From Trueperaceae bacterium (GTDB lineage Bacteria > Deinococcota > Deinococci > Deinococcales > Trueperaceae): DNA of 64,000 nucleotides. The DNA lies in assembly GCA_965213925.1 (NCBI GenBank), contig OZ243927.1:2560001-2624000 (forward strand), written 5' to 3'. The notes below the pieces were generated by a model. It searched no databases. It was not told the origin of the DNA and saw nothing but the letters and a program-made list of their open reading frames with translations. Position numbers and translations under genes: made by a program. Below, in pieces: positions 1 to 10,736 of this stretch (the stretch's first letter is position 1; each line of letters begins with the position of its first letter).

Positions 1-387
1 CGCCGAAGACGATCTCGTTCGCCTCAATCGCCCGGACGTAGCGACGCTGCCCCGCCGTCTTGGGTCTGGCGCGGCGCGGCAAGCGTGCGCCGACCTGTTC
101 GTCTTGTTCGCGTGAGGTGTTCTCTGAGAGGTCGCTAAGCTCGGCGTGCTCGAGTTCGGTCACGCTGATCCTTTCGCCGCGCCGGATAGACGCTAGGAGC
201 GCCTTAAAGGTGCGCTCGGCTTCGGCGACGGCGTCTTCCTCGCCGGACAGCCTGAGTTCGTCGCCCCGCGCTACGACCTTCGCGCCGAGGCGAAGTTGCG
301 TAAGAGTTTCAAGTTTTCGTCATTCTGCCCGAAAAGCGACATCGCTTCGGCAGGGCTGCGAAGTTTTAAGGTGACGGTTGTTGCGAT
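1..387 (-). pseudogene. phoH: PhoH-family ATPase, 5' part (runs off window), one-base frameshift near 293-300
   Basis: Frame 1 gives ...LFGQNDENLKLLR; the shifted frame continues RLGAKVVARGDEL...PKTAGQRRYVRAIEANEIVFG, the typical PhoH motif preceding Walker A. Lies downstream of floA as in Bacillus. May be a sequencing error. Confidence 0.8.
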
Positions 388-711
388 GGGTTTCTCCTTA
401 GTCGCGGGGATAGGCTGCGTGAGCAGGAAGGTGAGAAGAGGTTCGGGGAGCGACCTTTTGGTGAAGCGCATGGCCCCTGCCCTAAGTTATGAGCGTCAAC
501 CGGCGCGCCCACCGTGCCAGCAAAGACCATATCGGTACAGTATGTCAGAGGTGAGCGCAACCATAAATGCAAATGTAAACATCGTCTTGCGGAGGTTCAT
601 AGCCTACTTATCCTTACCGAGAGTCCGTTTCGCATTTGCGAAAACTACGTAACGCTTCGCTCCCGCTGGCTTTCGGGGATGAACGACGTTTGGGCTTACC
701 TTCCCAGATGG

Positions 712-740
712 GCGTAGCTTCGTTTTACAAGAAGCTACGC
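712..740 (-). terminator. Hairpin downstream of the 750..1472 gene
   Basis: GCGTAGCTTC / GAAGCTACGC perfect 10-bp inverted repeat. Confidence 0.5.
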
Positions 741-749
741 GACCTCGTA

Positions 750-1472
750 TTACGTGCGCTTTCTGCGCCTGCGTTTGGAAAGGGGCTCGTCTAAGATTTC
801 GCGCCAGATGATGCCTTGCATGACCGACCTGCGGTCAAACTCTAAAACCCCCCTCCGCTGGTCTATCTTACTCCCTTTGCGCGACTTTAAGCGTTGCACG
901 CGTAGCGGCGGCGCGTCGCCCAAGTCGGTGCCGACTGCGCCTTGCTGCGACTGCGTTCCCTGCTGAGAAGACGGGCGCTGGCGGCTCACCCCTTCGCGTC
1001 CCAAATCGCCGAAGGCTTGCCGCGCCTGCCCCCGATTTTGCCCCTGCTGAGACGACCCCTGTTGAGAACTACGTTGAGCGCGTCCTTGCTGCGAGCGGGC
1101 TTGCTTCTCTTCGTCCAACCTCGGAAAGAGGTCGCTCCCGCTGCGCTCCGAGGGCTCATTCTGAGCGGGGCGCTCCGAGTCGTTCCCACTGCTCATCGCC
1201 TCCTGTACGCGCCGCCGCGCCTCTTCTAAACGCCCCCTGAAATCGTCGCCCATACTGCCACTCTCGCGGCTTGTATCCGCAGCCGTCGTGTCGTCCGAAC
1301 GCTCTCGACGCTGAGACTGCTGGCTCGGTCTTTGCTGAGGGCGCTGGTTGGGTTTCTGCTCCTGACGCCCCCCCTGCCCTTGTTTACCCTGACCTCTTCG
1401 CAAAAAGTTGTTGACGATCGGCGCGACAAAGAAAATCAAGAAGAGGATGATGGTGATGGGGTCAATATTCAT
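750..1472 (-). CDS. Membrane-anchored Q/R/S-rich protein, YqfB-like partner of FloA
   Basis: N-terminal TM helix, low-complexity middle, C-terminal GIIWREILDEP motif; directly downstream of floA. Confidence 0.75.
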   Translation of the reverse strand: MNIDPITIILFLIFFVAPIVNNFLRRGQGKQGQGGRQEQKPNQRPQQRPSQQSQRRERSDDTTAADTSRESGSMGDDFRGRLEEARRRVQEAMSSGNDSERPAQNEPSERSGSDLFPRLDEEKQARSQQGRAQRSSQQGSSQQGQNRGQARQAFGDLGREGVSRQRPSSQQGTQSQQGAVGTDLGDAPPLRVQRLKSRKGSKIDQRRGVLEFDRRSVMQGIIWREILDEPLSKRRRRKRT

Positions 1473-1483
1473 TTAGTCACCCG

Positions 1484-2461
1484 CTAACTGCGCTCGTCAG
1501 TATCCTCAGTAGACTGGGCGATGTTGCTGCGCAGTTTGGTGTCGGACTGAATGTTCTCTAAGTTGTAGTAGTCCATGATGCCTAAATTGCCACTTCTAAA
1601 GGCTTCGGCAATGGCGCGCGGCACTTCCGCCTCCGCTTCGACAACCTTGGCGCGCTGCTCTTCAACCTTCGCGCGGTTTTCTTGCTCAACGGCGACGGCC
1701 ATCGCCCGACGCTCTTCGGCTTTCGCCTGCGCCACGCGCTTGTCCGCTTCGGCTTGGTCGGTCTGCAAAATTGCGCCGATGTTTTTACCGACGTTGACGT
1801 CTGCAATATCAATCGAGAGAATTTCAAAAGCGGTACCTGCGTCTAAGCCCTTGGCGAGGACTGTCTTTGAGATGGAATCAGGATTCTCTAAGACCGCCTT
1901 ATGCGAATTCGCAGAACCAATCGAGGAAACGATACCCTCACCGACGCGGGCGATGATGGTCTCTTCACCTGCGCCGCCGACGAGCCGCTCTAAGTTCGCT
2001 CGCACGGTAACCCGCGCCGTCGAAATAAGCTCAATCCCGTCTTTCGCCACCGCTGACACGTTCGGCGTCTGAATCACGCGCGGGTTGACCGAGACCTTCA
2101 CCGCGTCGAGCACGTTGCGCCCAGCAAGGTCAATCGCCGCCGCACGGTCAAAAGGCAACGCAATCCGCGCTTTATCCGCCGCGATGAGCGCGTCCACCAC
2201 GCGGTCCACGTTGCCCCCCGCGAGGTAGTGCGCCTCCAACTGATTTTGTTCCACGTCGATGCCCGCTTTATCCGCTTTGATGAGGGGTAAGATGATTTTA
2301 TTGGGTGGTACGCGCCGCAGCCGCATCGCCACTAAGCTCGTCAAACTGACCTTGACGCCCGCTGAAATCGCTGAAATCCATAAAGGAATAGGCACGAATG
2401 AGAAAAAGACGATGAAGAAGAGGATGACGCCGCCGACGAGAAGTAGTAAACCGATATCCAT
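1484..2461 (-). CDS. floA: Flotillin-like protein FloA (YqfA/UPF0365)
   Basis: [34 protein letters not shown]...[14 protein letters not shown] motifs. Confidence 0.95.
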   Translation of the reverse strand: MDIGLLLLVGGVILFFIVFFSFVPIPLWISAISAGVKVSLTSLVAMRLRRVPPNKIILPLIKADKAGIDVEQNQLEAHYLAGGNVDRVVDALIAADKARIALPFDRAAAIDLAGRNVLDAVKVSVNPRVIQTPNVSAVAKDGIELISTARVTVRANLERLVGGAGEETIIARVGEGIVSSIGSANSHKAVLENPDSISKTVLAKGLDAGTAFEILSIDIADVNVGKNIGAILQTDQAEADKRVAQAKAEERRAMAVAVEQENRAKVEEQRAKVVEAEAEVPRAIAEAFRSGNLGIMDYYNLENIQSDTKLRSNIAQSTEDTDERS

Positions 2462-2903
2462 AGTGTCTCCTTAAAAGCTATTTCTAGCTAAGATGGTAGG
2501 TGAAAGGTATATCAAAGGTACATAGCGCGAGATGAGCAAGCGTCCGCTGCTGGTAGAGCGCACGATGCAAAAAGGTGAAAAGACGCTCACTTTACGCAAA
2601 CGAACGAGGTCCAAACGGGAAGCTTAGAACTGTACACCAAATTGTGCAAAGGTATCTCAATACTTCGTATCATACTCCAAGTGGTGCAGGTCGTGTGCAT
2701 ATGAGGCAACTCTCATTAGCGGCGCGGTTGGGTGAGGAGCTTCGTTGAGGATTGACTGGCATGGGTGGCTCGAGCCTTCCCATACGAAGAGAGTACAGGA
2801 TGTTGTAAACGTTATTTTTTTCATCTTTAGTATGCTCTTCCTGCGTTCAATCTCGAAAAGAACCCATGACAAAATCCACACCAGAACCGTTATACTCAGC
2901 TCC

Positions 2904-3674
2904 ATGCTCTTAGCCGTCGATACCGGTAACACCAGCACCGTCTTAGGTCTTTACGACGGTGAAGACTTAGTCGCGCACTGGCGCGTGCCGACCAACCGGA
3001 TGCGCATGGCGGACCAGTACGCGATTTTGCTCAAGAACTTGCTCGAGCTGGATAACTGCCCGCCACCCGAACGCGCCATCATCTCCTCGGTTGCGCCGCC
3101 CGTCGAACGTGAACTCTCTACGGCGCTTAAACAGTACTGGGGAATTGAGAGTATGTTCGTCTCGAGCCAAGCCCTCTCCGGCCTACTCAAAGTCGAAACC
3201 GACAATCCCAAAGAGGTCGGCGCAGACCGCCTGGTGAACGCGGTCGCCGCGCTGAGTTACGGCGCTCACGTGCTGCTCGTCGTGGACTTCGGCACCGCCG
3301 CGAACTTCGACCTCATCGTCAAACCGAACCGGCTCTTGGGGGTCGCGCTCGCGCCGGGTCCGATGGTCGCGGCCGACGCGCTCTTTTCACGCACGGCGAA
3401 GCTGCCCCGCGTGGACCTAGAAGCGCCGCCCAGCGTCATCGGCAAAAACACCGTGACCGCGCTCCAGTCTGGTCTCGTCTTCGGCTACGCGGCGATGGTG
3501 GACGGCATGGTTAAACGTTTCGCGGGCGAGGTCGAGGCGGAGCACGGCAAGCCTTTTGTGGTGGCGACGGGCGGCTTCGCTAACGTCGTCGAAGGGCACT
3601 GCCGAGAGGTGGACGTGTACGACACGCTTTTGACCCTCAAAGGTCTGCGGATCATCGCGGAGCGGTTGGGCTAA
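2904..3674 (+). CDS. coaX: Type III pantothenate kinase
   Basis: MLLAVDTGNT, VGADR, VVDFGTA, VATGG motifs; leaderless TATACT at 2891-2896. Confidence 0.95.
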   Translation: MLLAVDTGNTSTVLGLYDGEDLVAHWRVPTNRMRMADQYAILLKNLLELDNCPPPERAIISSVAPPVERELSTALKQYWGIESMFVSSQALSGLLKVETDNPKEVGADRLVNAVAALSYGAHVLLVVDFGTAANFDLIVKPNRLLGVALAPGPMVAADALFSRTAKLPRVDLEAPPSVIGKNTVTALQSGLVFGYAAMVDGMVKRFAGEVEAEHGKPFVVATGGFANVVEGHCREVDVYDTLLTLKGLRIIAERLG

Positions 3675-3893
3675 AACGCCTACCGCGCTCATTCATCATG
3701 CGGCGCTCCCTTAGGTTAGAACCCACCCCTACGCTGCCGTGAAAACGAACACGCCGGTTGCCGTTAGATCATGGCGTCAACAGCGTACATGACGTAACGA
3801 GAACGCCTTTCCCTGTATAATCGTCCTTTGACAGGCAGCGCATTCACGCGCGCCTCTAATCCCCAAACGAACAACCCAACAGAAAAGAGAGTT

Positions 3894-5702
3894 ATGAACT
3901 ACCGAAACATTGCGATTATTGCGCACGTCGACCACGGCAAAACCACGCTCGTAGACGGGATGCTCAAGCAGTCTCACATCTTCCGCGACAACCAAGAGGT
4001 CATGGACCGCGTCATGGACTCGAACGACTTAGAGCGCGAGCGCGGCATCACCATCTTGGCAAAGAACACCGCCGTCGAGTGGGAAGGTACGAAGATCAAC
4101 ATCGTCGATACGCCCGGTCACGCCGACTTTGGCGGCGAGGTCGAGCGGGCGTTGGGGTTAGTGGACGGCGTGCTGCTGCTCGTAGACGCCGCCGAAGGTC
4201 CGATGCCGCAGACGCGCTTTGTGCTGGGTAAAGCGCTTTCACGTGGTCTCAAGCCGATCGTCGTCATCAACAAAGTCGACCGCAAGGACGCCCGCCCCGA
4301 CGAGGTCGTGAACCTCACCTTCGACCTCATGGTCGAACTCGGCGCGGACGACGAACAGCTCGACTTTCCCATTGTCTACGCCATCGCACGCGACGGCAAA
4401 GCGTGGCTGGATTTGGAGACCCCCGGCGACGACCTCAAACCTCTTTTTGAAACCATCTTGGAGCAAATCCCCGCCGCTAAGGTCGATACCGAGGCCCCTT
4501 TCCAGCTTCAAGTCACCAACCTCGACTACTCGGACTACTTGGGACGCTTGGCACTCGGGCACGTCAAGCGCGGCACTTTGAAGAAAAACGACAGCGTGGT
4601 GCGTATCGCCAGGGACGGGTCGCAAATTCGCTCCCGCGTCACCAAGCTCTACACCCACATGGGCTTAGCTCGCGTCGAAGTCGAAGAGGTCTCCGCGGGC
4701 GATATCATCGCGCTTTCGGGTGTGGATGAGGTGCAGATTGGCGATACGCTCACCGACCCGAACGCGCCCGACGCGCTGCCCGTCGTGAGCGTCGATGAGC
4801 CGACCATCAGCATGACCTTTGCGCCGAACACAAGCCCCTTCGCGGGCAAAGAGGGCAAGTACGTGACCTCGCGCCACCTCAAAGACCGCTTGGAGCGCGA
4901 ACTTCTTACCAACGTTGCGCTGCGCGTCGAAGAACTCGGCAGCGAGCAGTTCCGCGTGGCGGGGCGGGGCGAGCTGCACCTCTCGATTTTGATCGAGCAG
5001 ATGCGCCGCGAAGGATACGAGTTTGCGGTGTCGCGCCCCGAGGTCATCATGAAAGAGGTCGGCGGTCAGCTTCACGAGCCCTACGAGCACGTCGTCGCCG
5101 ACGTTCCCGAAGCCGCGATGGGCAGCGTTATCGAATCGCTCTCCGGGCGCAAAGGGACGCTGCTCAACATGGCGCAAGAGGGTGGGCGCACGAGGCTCGA
5201 GTTCTCCATCCCCAGCCGCGCGCTGTTCGGCTACCGCACGCAGTTCTTATCTATGACCCAAGGCGAAGGACTCCTCAACCACGTCTTCGACGGCTACGAG
5301 CCTATGCTCCGCGACCTCAAGACGCGCCAGAGCGGGTCTTTGGTCGTGATGGAGCCTGGCGAAGTTTTCGCTTACTCGCTCTACAAGCTGCAAGACCGGG
5401 GTACGTTCTTCGTGGAGCCCGGCACCGAGGTCTACGTCGGGATGATCGTCGGGGCGAACGCAAGAGCGGGCGACCTCAACATCAACGTGACGAAGAACAA
5501 GAAGCTGACCAACGTGCGGGCGTCTGGCAGTGACGACAACATCAACCTCACGCCGCCTAAGAAGCTGACTTTAGAGGAAGCTCTCGAGTACATCGCCGAC
5601 GACGAACTCGTCGAGGTGACGCCCGAGAGTATTCGTCTGCGCAAGCGCGTTTTGGACCCTGGGATGCGGAAGCGGACGGAGAAGGTGGCGGCGACGAGTT
5701 AG
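3894..5702 (+). CDS. typA: Translational GTPase TypA/BipA
   Basis: [57 protein letters not shown]. Confidence 0.98.
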   Translation: MNYRNIAIIAHVDHGKTTLVDGMLKQSHIFRDNQEVMDRVMDSNDLERERGITILAKNTAVEWEGTKINIVDTPGHADFGGEVERALGLVDGVLLLVDAAEGPMPQTRFVLGKALSRGLKPIVVINKVDRKDARPDEVVNLTFDLMVELGADDEQLDFPIVYAIARDGKAWLDLETPGDDLKPLFETILEQIPAAKVDTEAPFQLQVTNLDYSDYLGRLALGHVKRGTLKKNDSVVRIARDGSQIRSRVTKLYTHMGLARVEVEEVSAGDIIALSGVDEVQIGDTLTDPNAPDALPVVSVDEPTISMTFAPNTSPFAGKEGKYVTSRHLKDRLERELLTNVALRVEELGSEQFRVAGRGELHLSILIEQMRREGYEFAVSRPEVIMKEVGGQLHEPYEHVVADVPEAAMGSVIESLSGRKGTLLNMAQEGGRTRLEFSIPSRALFGYRTQFLSMTQGEGLLNHVFDGYEPMLRDLKTRQSGSLVVMEPGEVFAYSLYKLQDRGTFFVEPGTEVYVGMIVGANARAGDLNINVTKNKKLTNVRASGSDDNINLTPPKKLTLEEALEYIADDELVEVTPESIRLRKRVLDPGMRKRTEKVAATS

Positions 5703-5893
5703 AGAATAACGCCAGAAATCGCTAGAAGAGCAACGATGCCGAAGATAGCGAAGATGATATAAGCCACCTTGACGCTCGGCTTCTTAGAGGTATGCCCCCA
5801 GAGGTGGACGTTAAAGTCTTTGTCTCCTCTTTTTCTTTGGGTTCGTCTTGTTTCCTGTTTGCCACAACACCCTCCCCGTCCTAATAAATACAC
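5699..5893 (-). CDS. Possible small membrane protein (start uncertain, perhaps frameshifted)
   Basis: C-terminal hydrophobic helix [22 protein letters not shown]. Confidence 0.35.
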   Translation of the reverse strand: MYLLGRGGCCGKQETRRTQRKRGDKDFNVHLWGHTSKKPSVKVAYIIFAIFGIVALLAISGVIL

Positions 5894-5970
5894 CTTTGGA
5901 TCGCTAAAATGTGCGCCTCGAGCAGAGCAAGTTTCAATTCCGTCCCTTAAAGGTTAGCATAAGTGTGTAG

Positions 5971-6549
5971 ATGACCAATCCCATCAACCTCTTCCTCGAG
6001 TGGTACACCCAAGCTACCCAAAACAGCCCCCTCCAACACCCCAAAGCCGTCTGCGTCTCTACCGTCAATATGAGAGGTGAACCCGAAGCGCGGTTCGTCG
6101 CGCTTAAAGAGGCGTCTCAAGCTGGCTTTATCTTTTGCACGGCGTTCGACTCGCCGAAAGGCTTGGAGATTGACGCTAATCCTAATGTCGCGCTGACTTT
6201 TTGGTGGGACCACATTGAGCGACAAGTCAGAGTTGTAGGGACAGCGACGCGCATTTCGGATGAGGACGCAGAGCGGTATTTTCAGGAGCGGCGCAAGGAC
6301 GCGCAGCTCACCTCTTTGGTGTCGGAGCAGAGTCAGCCTTTAGCGCATCCTGAGCAGCTTGAGAAAAGATTACAAGAAGTCGAAAAGCAGTTTGACGGTG
6401 AAGAGGTGCCGCGTCCAGAAAACTGGGGTGGGTACTGCGTGAGAGCGAAGAGGCTCGAGTTTCTAAAGTTCAAAGCCAACAGACTGCACGAAAGAACGCT
6501 TTTTACTTGTGATGTGAATGGCTGGACAAAACAGTTGCTACAACCTTGA
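5971..6549 (+). CDS. pdxH: Pyridoxamine 5'-phosphate oxidase
   Basis: ARFVALK, SPKG, RQVRV, RPENWGGY, RLHER, C-terminal LQP. Confidence 0.92.
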   Translation: MTNPINLFLEWYTQATQNSPLQHPKAVCVSTVNMRGEPEARFVALKEASQAGFIFCTAFDSPKGLEIDANPNVALTFWWDHIERQVRVVGTATRISDEDAERYFQERRKDAQLTSLVSEQSQPLAHPEQLEKRLQEVEKQFDGEEVPRPENWGGYCVRAKRLEFLKFKANRLHERTLFTCDVNGWTKQLLQP

Positions 6550-6752
6550 TTCGCCCATACCTCTTCACTCTGCAAAAGCGTTCACGCCAAGCTATAGCAG
6601 GTATCAAAGTCTGTCTCCCGTTGGTCGGAGCTGGTTTGAGCCAGTCTCACGAGATAAAACATCGTTCAGCACGCACTTTAGGGGATGATACCTGCGTGAT
6701 TCAAACTCAGTACTTCTGATAACCGCTATATTTACCCATCCATCTTCTCTCA

Positions 6753-8033
6753 TCAACTCACGAGACCCGCTCGCCGTCCATACGCTTCGACAACATACAC
6801 AGCGTTCTCGAGCCCGCGCTCTTCTCGAATCGCCGCGCCGAGCTGCGCCGCCTTGCGCTGCATCGCCTCATCAGCCGTAACGCGCTGAATAGCTTGGGCG
6901 AGTTTTTCTACCGTGAGGTCTTTACGAGGAATGGGCGCAGGACCGACACCCAACGCTTCCACCTGTCGCCCCCAAAACGGCTGATCGCCAAAGAATGGGA
7001 TGACCACGTTGGGGACACCCGCCCGCAAGCCAGCCGCCGTCGTGCCTGCGCCGCCGTGATGAATGACAGCCGCCATGCGCGGGAAGAGCCAGGTGTGCGG
7101 CACGGCGTCACTCAGGTAGACGTTGTCCGGCAGAGTTTTACTCATCAGACCGCCCCAGCCTTTAAGTAGCACGGCTCGCTGTCCGGTGCGTTCCAACGCG
7201 CTCAGCACCAAGTCAGCGGTCTCTTCCGGGTTGCGGTTGCCCATGCTGCCGAAGCCGATGTAAAGGGGCGGCGGTCCTGCTTGTAAAAAGGCTTGCAGGT
7301 CGCCGGGCGGCTGCCACTCGCTTTGGGGCTCTAAAAACCAGTAGCCCGTCATGTGGATGTCGGCGTTCCAGTCGGTTGGCTTTGGGATGACGTTCGGGCT
7401 GACGCCGTAGAGCACGGGCGCACGGGGCGTCCTCTTTTGCGGACGCGGACCCCAAAAAGGCGCAGGAGGTAGGTCGAGTACCCGCTGTCTCGCGAGACGG
7501 TCGCCCGCCCTCGAGCTTTGCCACATTACCTGCTGGACAAGGCGGTAGCTGAGGCGATTGGCAAGCCCGCCGAGTTTAGGCGCATTCGCCGGGACGAGCG
7601 GATGGGGAAAGTCGCGCGTAGGCGTGAACGGCACGACGTAGGACTCGAGCAGTGGCACATGGAGCTTTTCAGATAAGGCTCGAGCCAGAAACAGCCCGCC
7701 GATGCCCGCGATGAGGAGGTCTACGCCCTGCACTGCGCGTAGCGCGTCCCGCGCCCAGTCAACGGCGAGGGTTTGCGCCAGCTTCGCAGTGTGCTGGTTG
7801 ATCTTGATGAAGTTTCCCTTCTCGAGTAGCTCGAGCATCTCCGGTGACTGCGCCACCTCTTGGACGTTGCCCTGCACGGACCAAAAGTCTAAGCCGTTCG
7901 CCCGCGCCGCGTCCTCAAAGTTTTCGTGAGTAATCAGGCGGACGCTGTGGTTGGCATTCTTGAGGGCAGTGCCGAGCGCGAGGTAGGGCTGCACGTCTCC
8001 TTGCGAGCCCACCGAAATGATTGCGATGTTCAC
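6753..8033 (-). CDS. Glycosyltransferase (GT28 N-terminal/GT1, sterol glucosyltransferase-like)
   Basis: GSQGDVQPY, YIGFGSM, VIHHGGAGTTAAGL, PFFGDQPFWG. Confidence 0.93.
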   Translation of the reverse strand: MNIAIISVGSQGDVQPYLALGTALKNANHSVRLITHENFEDAARANGLDFWSVQGNVQEVAQSPEMLELLEKGNFIKINQHTAKLAQTLAVDWARDALRAVQGVDLLIAGIGGLFLARALSEKLHVPLLESYVVPFTPTRDFPHPLVPANAPKLGGLANRLSYRLVQQVMWQSSRAGDRLARQRVLDLPPAPFWGPRPQKRTPRAPVLYGVSPNVIPKPTDWNADIHMTGYWFLEPQSEWQPPGDLQAFLQAGPPPLYIGFGSMGNRNPEETADLVLSALERTGQRAVLLKGWGGLMSKTLPDNVYLSDAVPHTWLFPRMAAVIHHGGAGTTAAGLRAGVPNVVIPFFGDQPFWGRQVEALGVGPAPIPRKDLTVEKLAQAIQRVTADEAMQRKAAQLGAAIREERGLENAVYVVEAYGRRAGLVS

Positions 8034-8078
8034 AGGATGCTCCTTGTGCGCTGCGTCATGGTTTTGCGCTACTTAGCA

Positions 8079-8483
8079 TTAAATTTCACGTGTCTCTATT
8101 CCGTTCATTAAGAGGTCAGCCAAGGTGTCTGGCAAGTCGTCCCAAGCCTCGGTAAGCACAGCGTCCCCCAACACGCGCTGAACCAGCAAGCCGATGATGA
8201 GGCTCGAGATCATGCGCATCGTCAAGTCGCTGCGCTCAAACGTGACGCCGTTGCGCGTTGCCCACATCTCTATAAACTGCTCCGCCCCCTGAATCATAGG
8301 AGCGAGAAGTTGCGTAGAAAAGCGCTTCCCGAGTTCCCGGTTGACCATAACTTCGGACATGAGCGCCTTGAAAAGGTCGAAGTCGTTTGACTGAAAGGCT
8401 TGTAGAGGTTGCTGGACATAGAGTTTCAGGAACGTCGGGATGTCAGCGTCTTTAAGACTCGTTGCCCGCTCTGAAGTATTCTG
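8079..8483 (-). pseudogene. 5'-truncated TetR-family regulator (ligand-binding half only)
   Basis: Open frame extends up to the ispE stop; helical TetR-C-like sequence (FDLFKALMSEVMVNREL...WDDLPDTLADLLMNG); no HTH. Confidence 0.55.
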
Positions 8484-9326
8484 TTAGAGCGTCCGCACCG
8501 CCCTCACCCACCAGTTCGGATACATCTCCTCAAACTTCGCTTCCACCTCTTTTGCGTGCGCCTCATCTCTTGCTATTCCAAAACACGTCGAACCCGAGCC
8601 CGACATCATCACGCCGCGCAGTCCCTCGAGCCTGAGCGCCGTAATCACCTCGCGGATATAAGGCTCTTGTAGCATGACGCCGGGTTGTAAAGCGTTGACG
8701 TACGTTGGTTTCTTATCCGGTCGCAGGCTCTCGAGAAGCGTATCTAACTCGGGGCGCGGGCTGAAGTTCTGCAGGTTTTCGTAGGCGGTTTTAGCGCTCA
8801 CTTCGACGCCGGGGTTGAGCAAAACGAGGTGAAGCTCGGGCACGTTGACCTCTTCTAGCTTCTCGCCTCGACCTCTCGCCCTCGCTGCTGAAACGTTTTG
8901 GGTGAAAAACGGCACGTCTGAGCCTAATTTTTTCGCAATCTCTGAGAGGTCAACGTCTGCGGGATAGAGTTGCGCAAGCCCGCGCAATACCGCGCCCGCA
9001 TCCGACGAGCCGCCGCCCAAACCTGCCGCGACGGGGATGCGCTTCTCTAGGTCGATGTGAACGCCCTCTTGTCGACCTGTTTTTTCGGCGTAGACCTCGA
9101 GATACACCCTAGCCGCGCGAAACGCTAAGTTATCCTCCCCTTCGCCTAAATCTGCGCCTTGAACGTCTAGTGTCACCGAGGGAGCAGGTCCCAACCTCAC
9201 CGTGTCGAACACGCTAATCTTCGCCATCAGCGTATCGACTTCGTGGTAGCCGTCGCCCCTTTTGGCGACGACGTTAAGACCTAGATTCACTTTGGCGTAG
9301 GCGCTTAATTCTAAAGGCTCAGTCAT
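8484..9326 (-). CDS. ispE: 4-diphosphocytidyl-2-C-methyl-D-erythritol kinase
   Basis: AKVNLGL, KRIPVAAGLGGGSSDA, GSDVPFF, MSGSGST. Confidence 0.97.
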   Translation of the reverse strand: MTEPLELSAYAKVNLGLNVVAKRGDGYHEVDTLMAKISVFDTVRLGPAPSVTLDVQGADLGEGEDNLAFRAARVYLEVYAEKTGRQEGVHIDLEKRIPVAAGLGGGSSDAGAVLRGLAQLYPADVDLSEIAKKLGSDVPFFTQNVSAARARGRGEKLEEVNVPELHLVLLNPGVEVSAKTAYENLQNFSPRPELDTLLESLRPDKKPTYVNALQPGVMLQEPYIREVITALRLEGLRGVMMSGSGSTCFGIARDEAHAKEVEAKFEEMYPNWWVRAVRTL

Positions 9327-9975
9327 GTTGAGCGTCCCATACAGCGGCGAGAGCGGAGGCGATCTCTAAGTCGGCGGGCGTCGTCACCTTCATGAGCCAC
9401 TGGCTTCCCTCGACTAAGGCGACGCTCTGACCGGCGAGGCGAACCAAGCCCGCGTCGTCGGTGGCTTCGATACGGTTCTCGAGCGCATTTTGATGCGCGT
9501 TCATGATGACCTCTCGTCTGAAGCCCTGCGGCGTCTGCACCGCTCGCAACGTCTGCCTAGCTACGGTCTCGCCCGTCGCTTCTTGAATGAGCGTATCTGC
9601 AACGGGCGCAACAACAGAAGCCGCGCCGGTTCGCTCGACCTCTCGGATGACCTCTCGGATGATGTGTGAGCTTAAAAAAGGTCGCGCCGCGTCGTGGATA
9701 AGGACAACGTCAGCGTTCGTAGCGTCCAAGAGGTTGCGCACGCTCGCCTGCCGCGTCTCGCCACCTCGCACGAGGGTGACCCGGTTGCCTAGCTCTATTT
9801 CGACTGCTCCACACATCTCCGGCGCGACGGCGAGGACGACCTCGTCGACTTGACCTTCAAAAGCCCCGACCGAGCGCGCCAAGAGACTCCGCCCGTTCAC
9901 CTCGACTAACGCTTTATGACCTCTTCCTAAGCGCGTACCCGAGCCAGCCGCCGGAATGAGCGCGGCGACCTTCAC
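9319..9975 (-). CDS. ispD: 2-C-methyl-D-erythritol 4-phosphate cytidylyltransferase
   Basis: PAAGSGTRLG, GGETRQASV, IHDAARPF, VQTPQGF, TDDA. Confidence 0.97.
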   Translation of the reverse strand: MKVAALIPAAGSGTRLGRGHKALVEVNGRSLLARSVGAFEGQVDEVVLAVAPEMCGAVEIELGNRVTLVRGGETRQASVRNLLDATNADVVLIHDAARPFLSSHIIREVIREVERTGAASVVAPVADTLIQEATGETVARQTLRAVQTPQGFRREVIMNAHQNALENRIEATDDAGLVRLAGQSVALVEGSQWLMKVTTPADLEIASALAAVWDAQHD

Positions 9976-10550
9976 GCCGGTTCTTTCCAGCGGGGCGAGC
10001 GAGCGTTGTCGACGCCCAAGAGGTCGAGCGTGCGGGCGGTGACGCCGCTGATGAGGTCGTCTATCGTCTCAGGGCGGTGGTAAAAGCCGGGTGAGGCGGG
10101 CATGATGGTCGCACCTGCGTCGAACGCGGCGAGCATGTTATGGATCATTGGGCGAGAGAAGGGCGCTTCGCGGAGGACTAAGACGAGAGGTCGGCGCTCT
10201 TTGAGCGTCACGTGGGCAGCCCTTGAGAGGAGGTTGTCCGCCATGCCCTGCGCGACTTTCGCGAGCGTGCCGGCGGAGCAAGGGGTGATGACCATGCCTA
10301 ACACGCGAAAAGAGCCCGAGGAGATGGCTGCGCCTAAGTCGGCGTCTTTGTAGGACACGTCGGCTAGCGCCTCCAACCCTAATACCGTCTCGTCAAGCTC
10401 GGTGGGGATGACCTGCTTCGCGCCGCTGGTTATAACCACGTGCGTTTCAACGGGCAAGTCTCGGAGCGTCCTCAAGAGGTCCTTTGCGTAAATCATGCCG
10501 CTGCCGCCGCTTACGCCGACGACGATGCGGGGGGGCAACTCGAGCTTCAC
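9972..10550 (-). CDS. ubiX: Flavin prenyltransferase UbiX
   Basis: VGVSGGSG, ISSGSF, PCSAGTLAK, TLKERRPLVL, PASPGFYHRP. Confidence 0.95.
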   Translation of the reverse strand: MKLELPPRIVVGVSGGSGMIYAKDLLRTLRDLPVETHVVITSGAKQVIPTELDETVLGLEALADVSYKDADLGAAISSGSFRVLGMVITPCSAGTLAKVAQGMADNLLSRAAHVTLKERRPLVLVLREAPFSRPMIHNMLAAFDAGATIMPASPGFYHRPETIDDLISGVTARTLDLLGVDNARSPRWKEPA

Positions 10551-10736
10551 CGTGACGTCCGGCAGAAAAGGAATAAAACCATCTTGCTACCATACCGCAA
10601 CCACCGGATTAGAAAATTGCGGTGCGCGGCGCAAAATGAGGTTAGCGGTTCAGGGATTGACTTCAGATAGACGCCTCGCCGCTATAAGCCTCATAAAGAA
10701 CACGTCACGCAGTTCATGAAACGCTAAGCTAGGGGT

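Noticed and set aside
2657..2938. 93-aa minus-strand ORF between floA and coaX
   Set aside because: Overlaps the coaX start and has no recognisable family features
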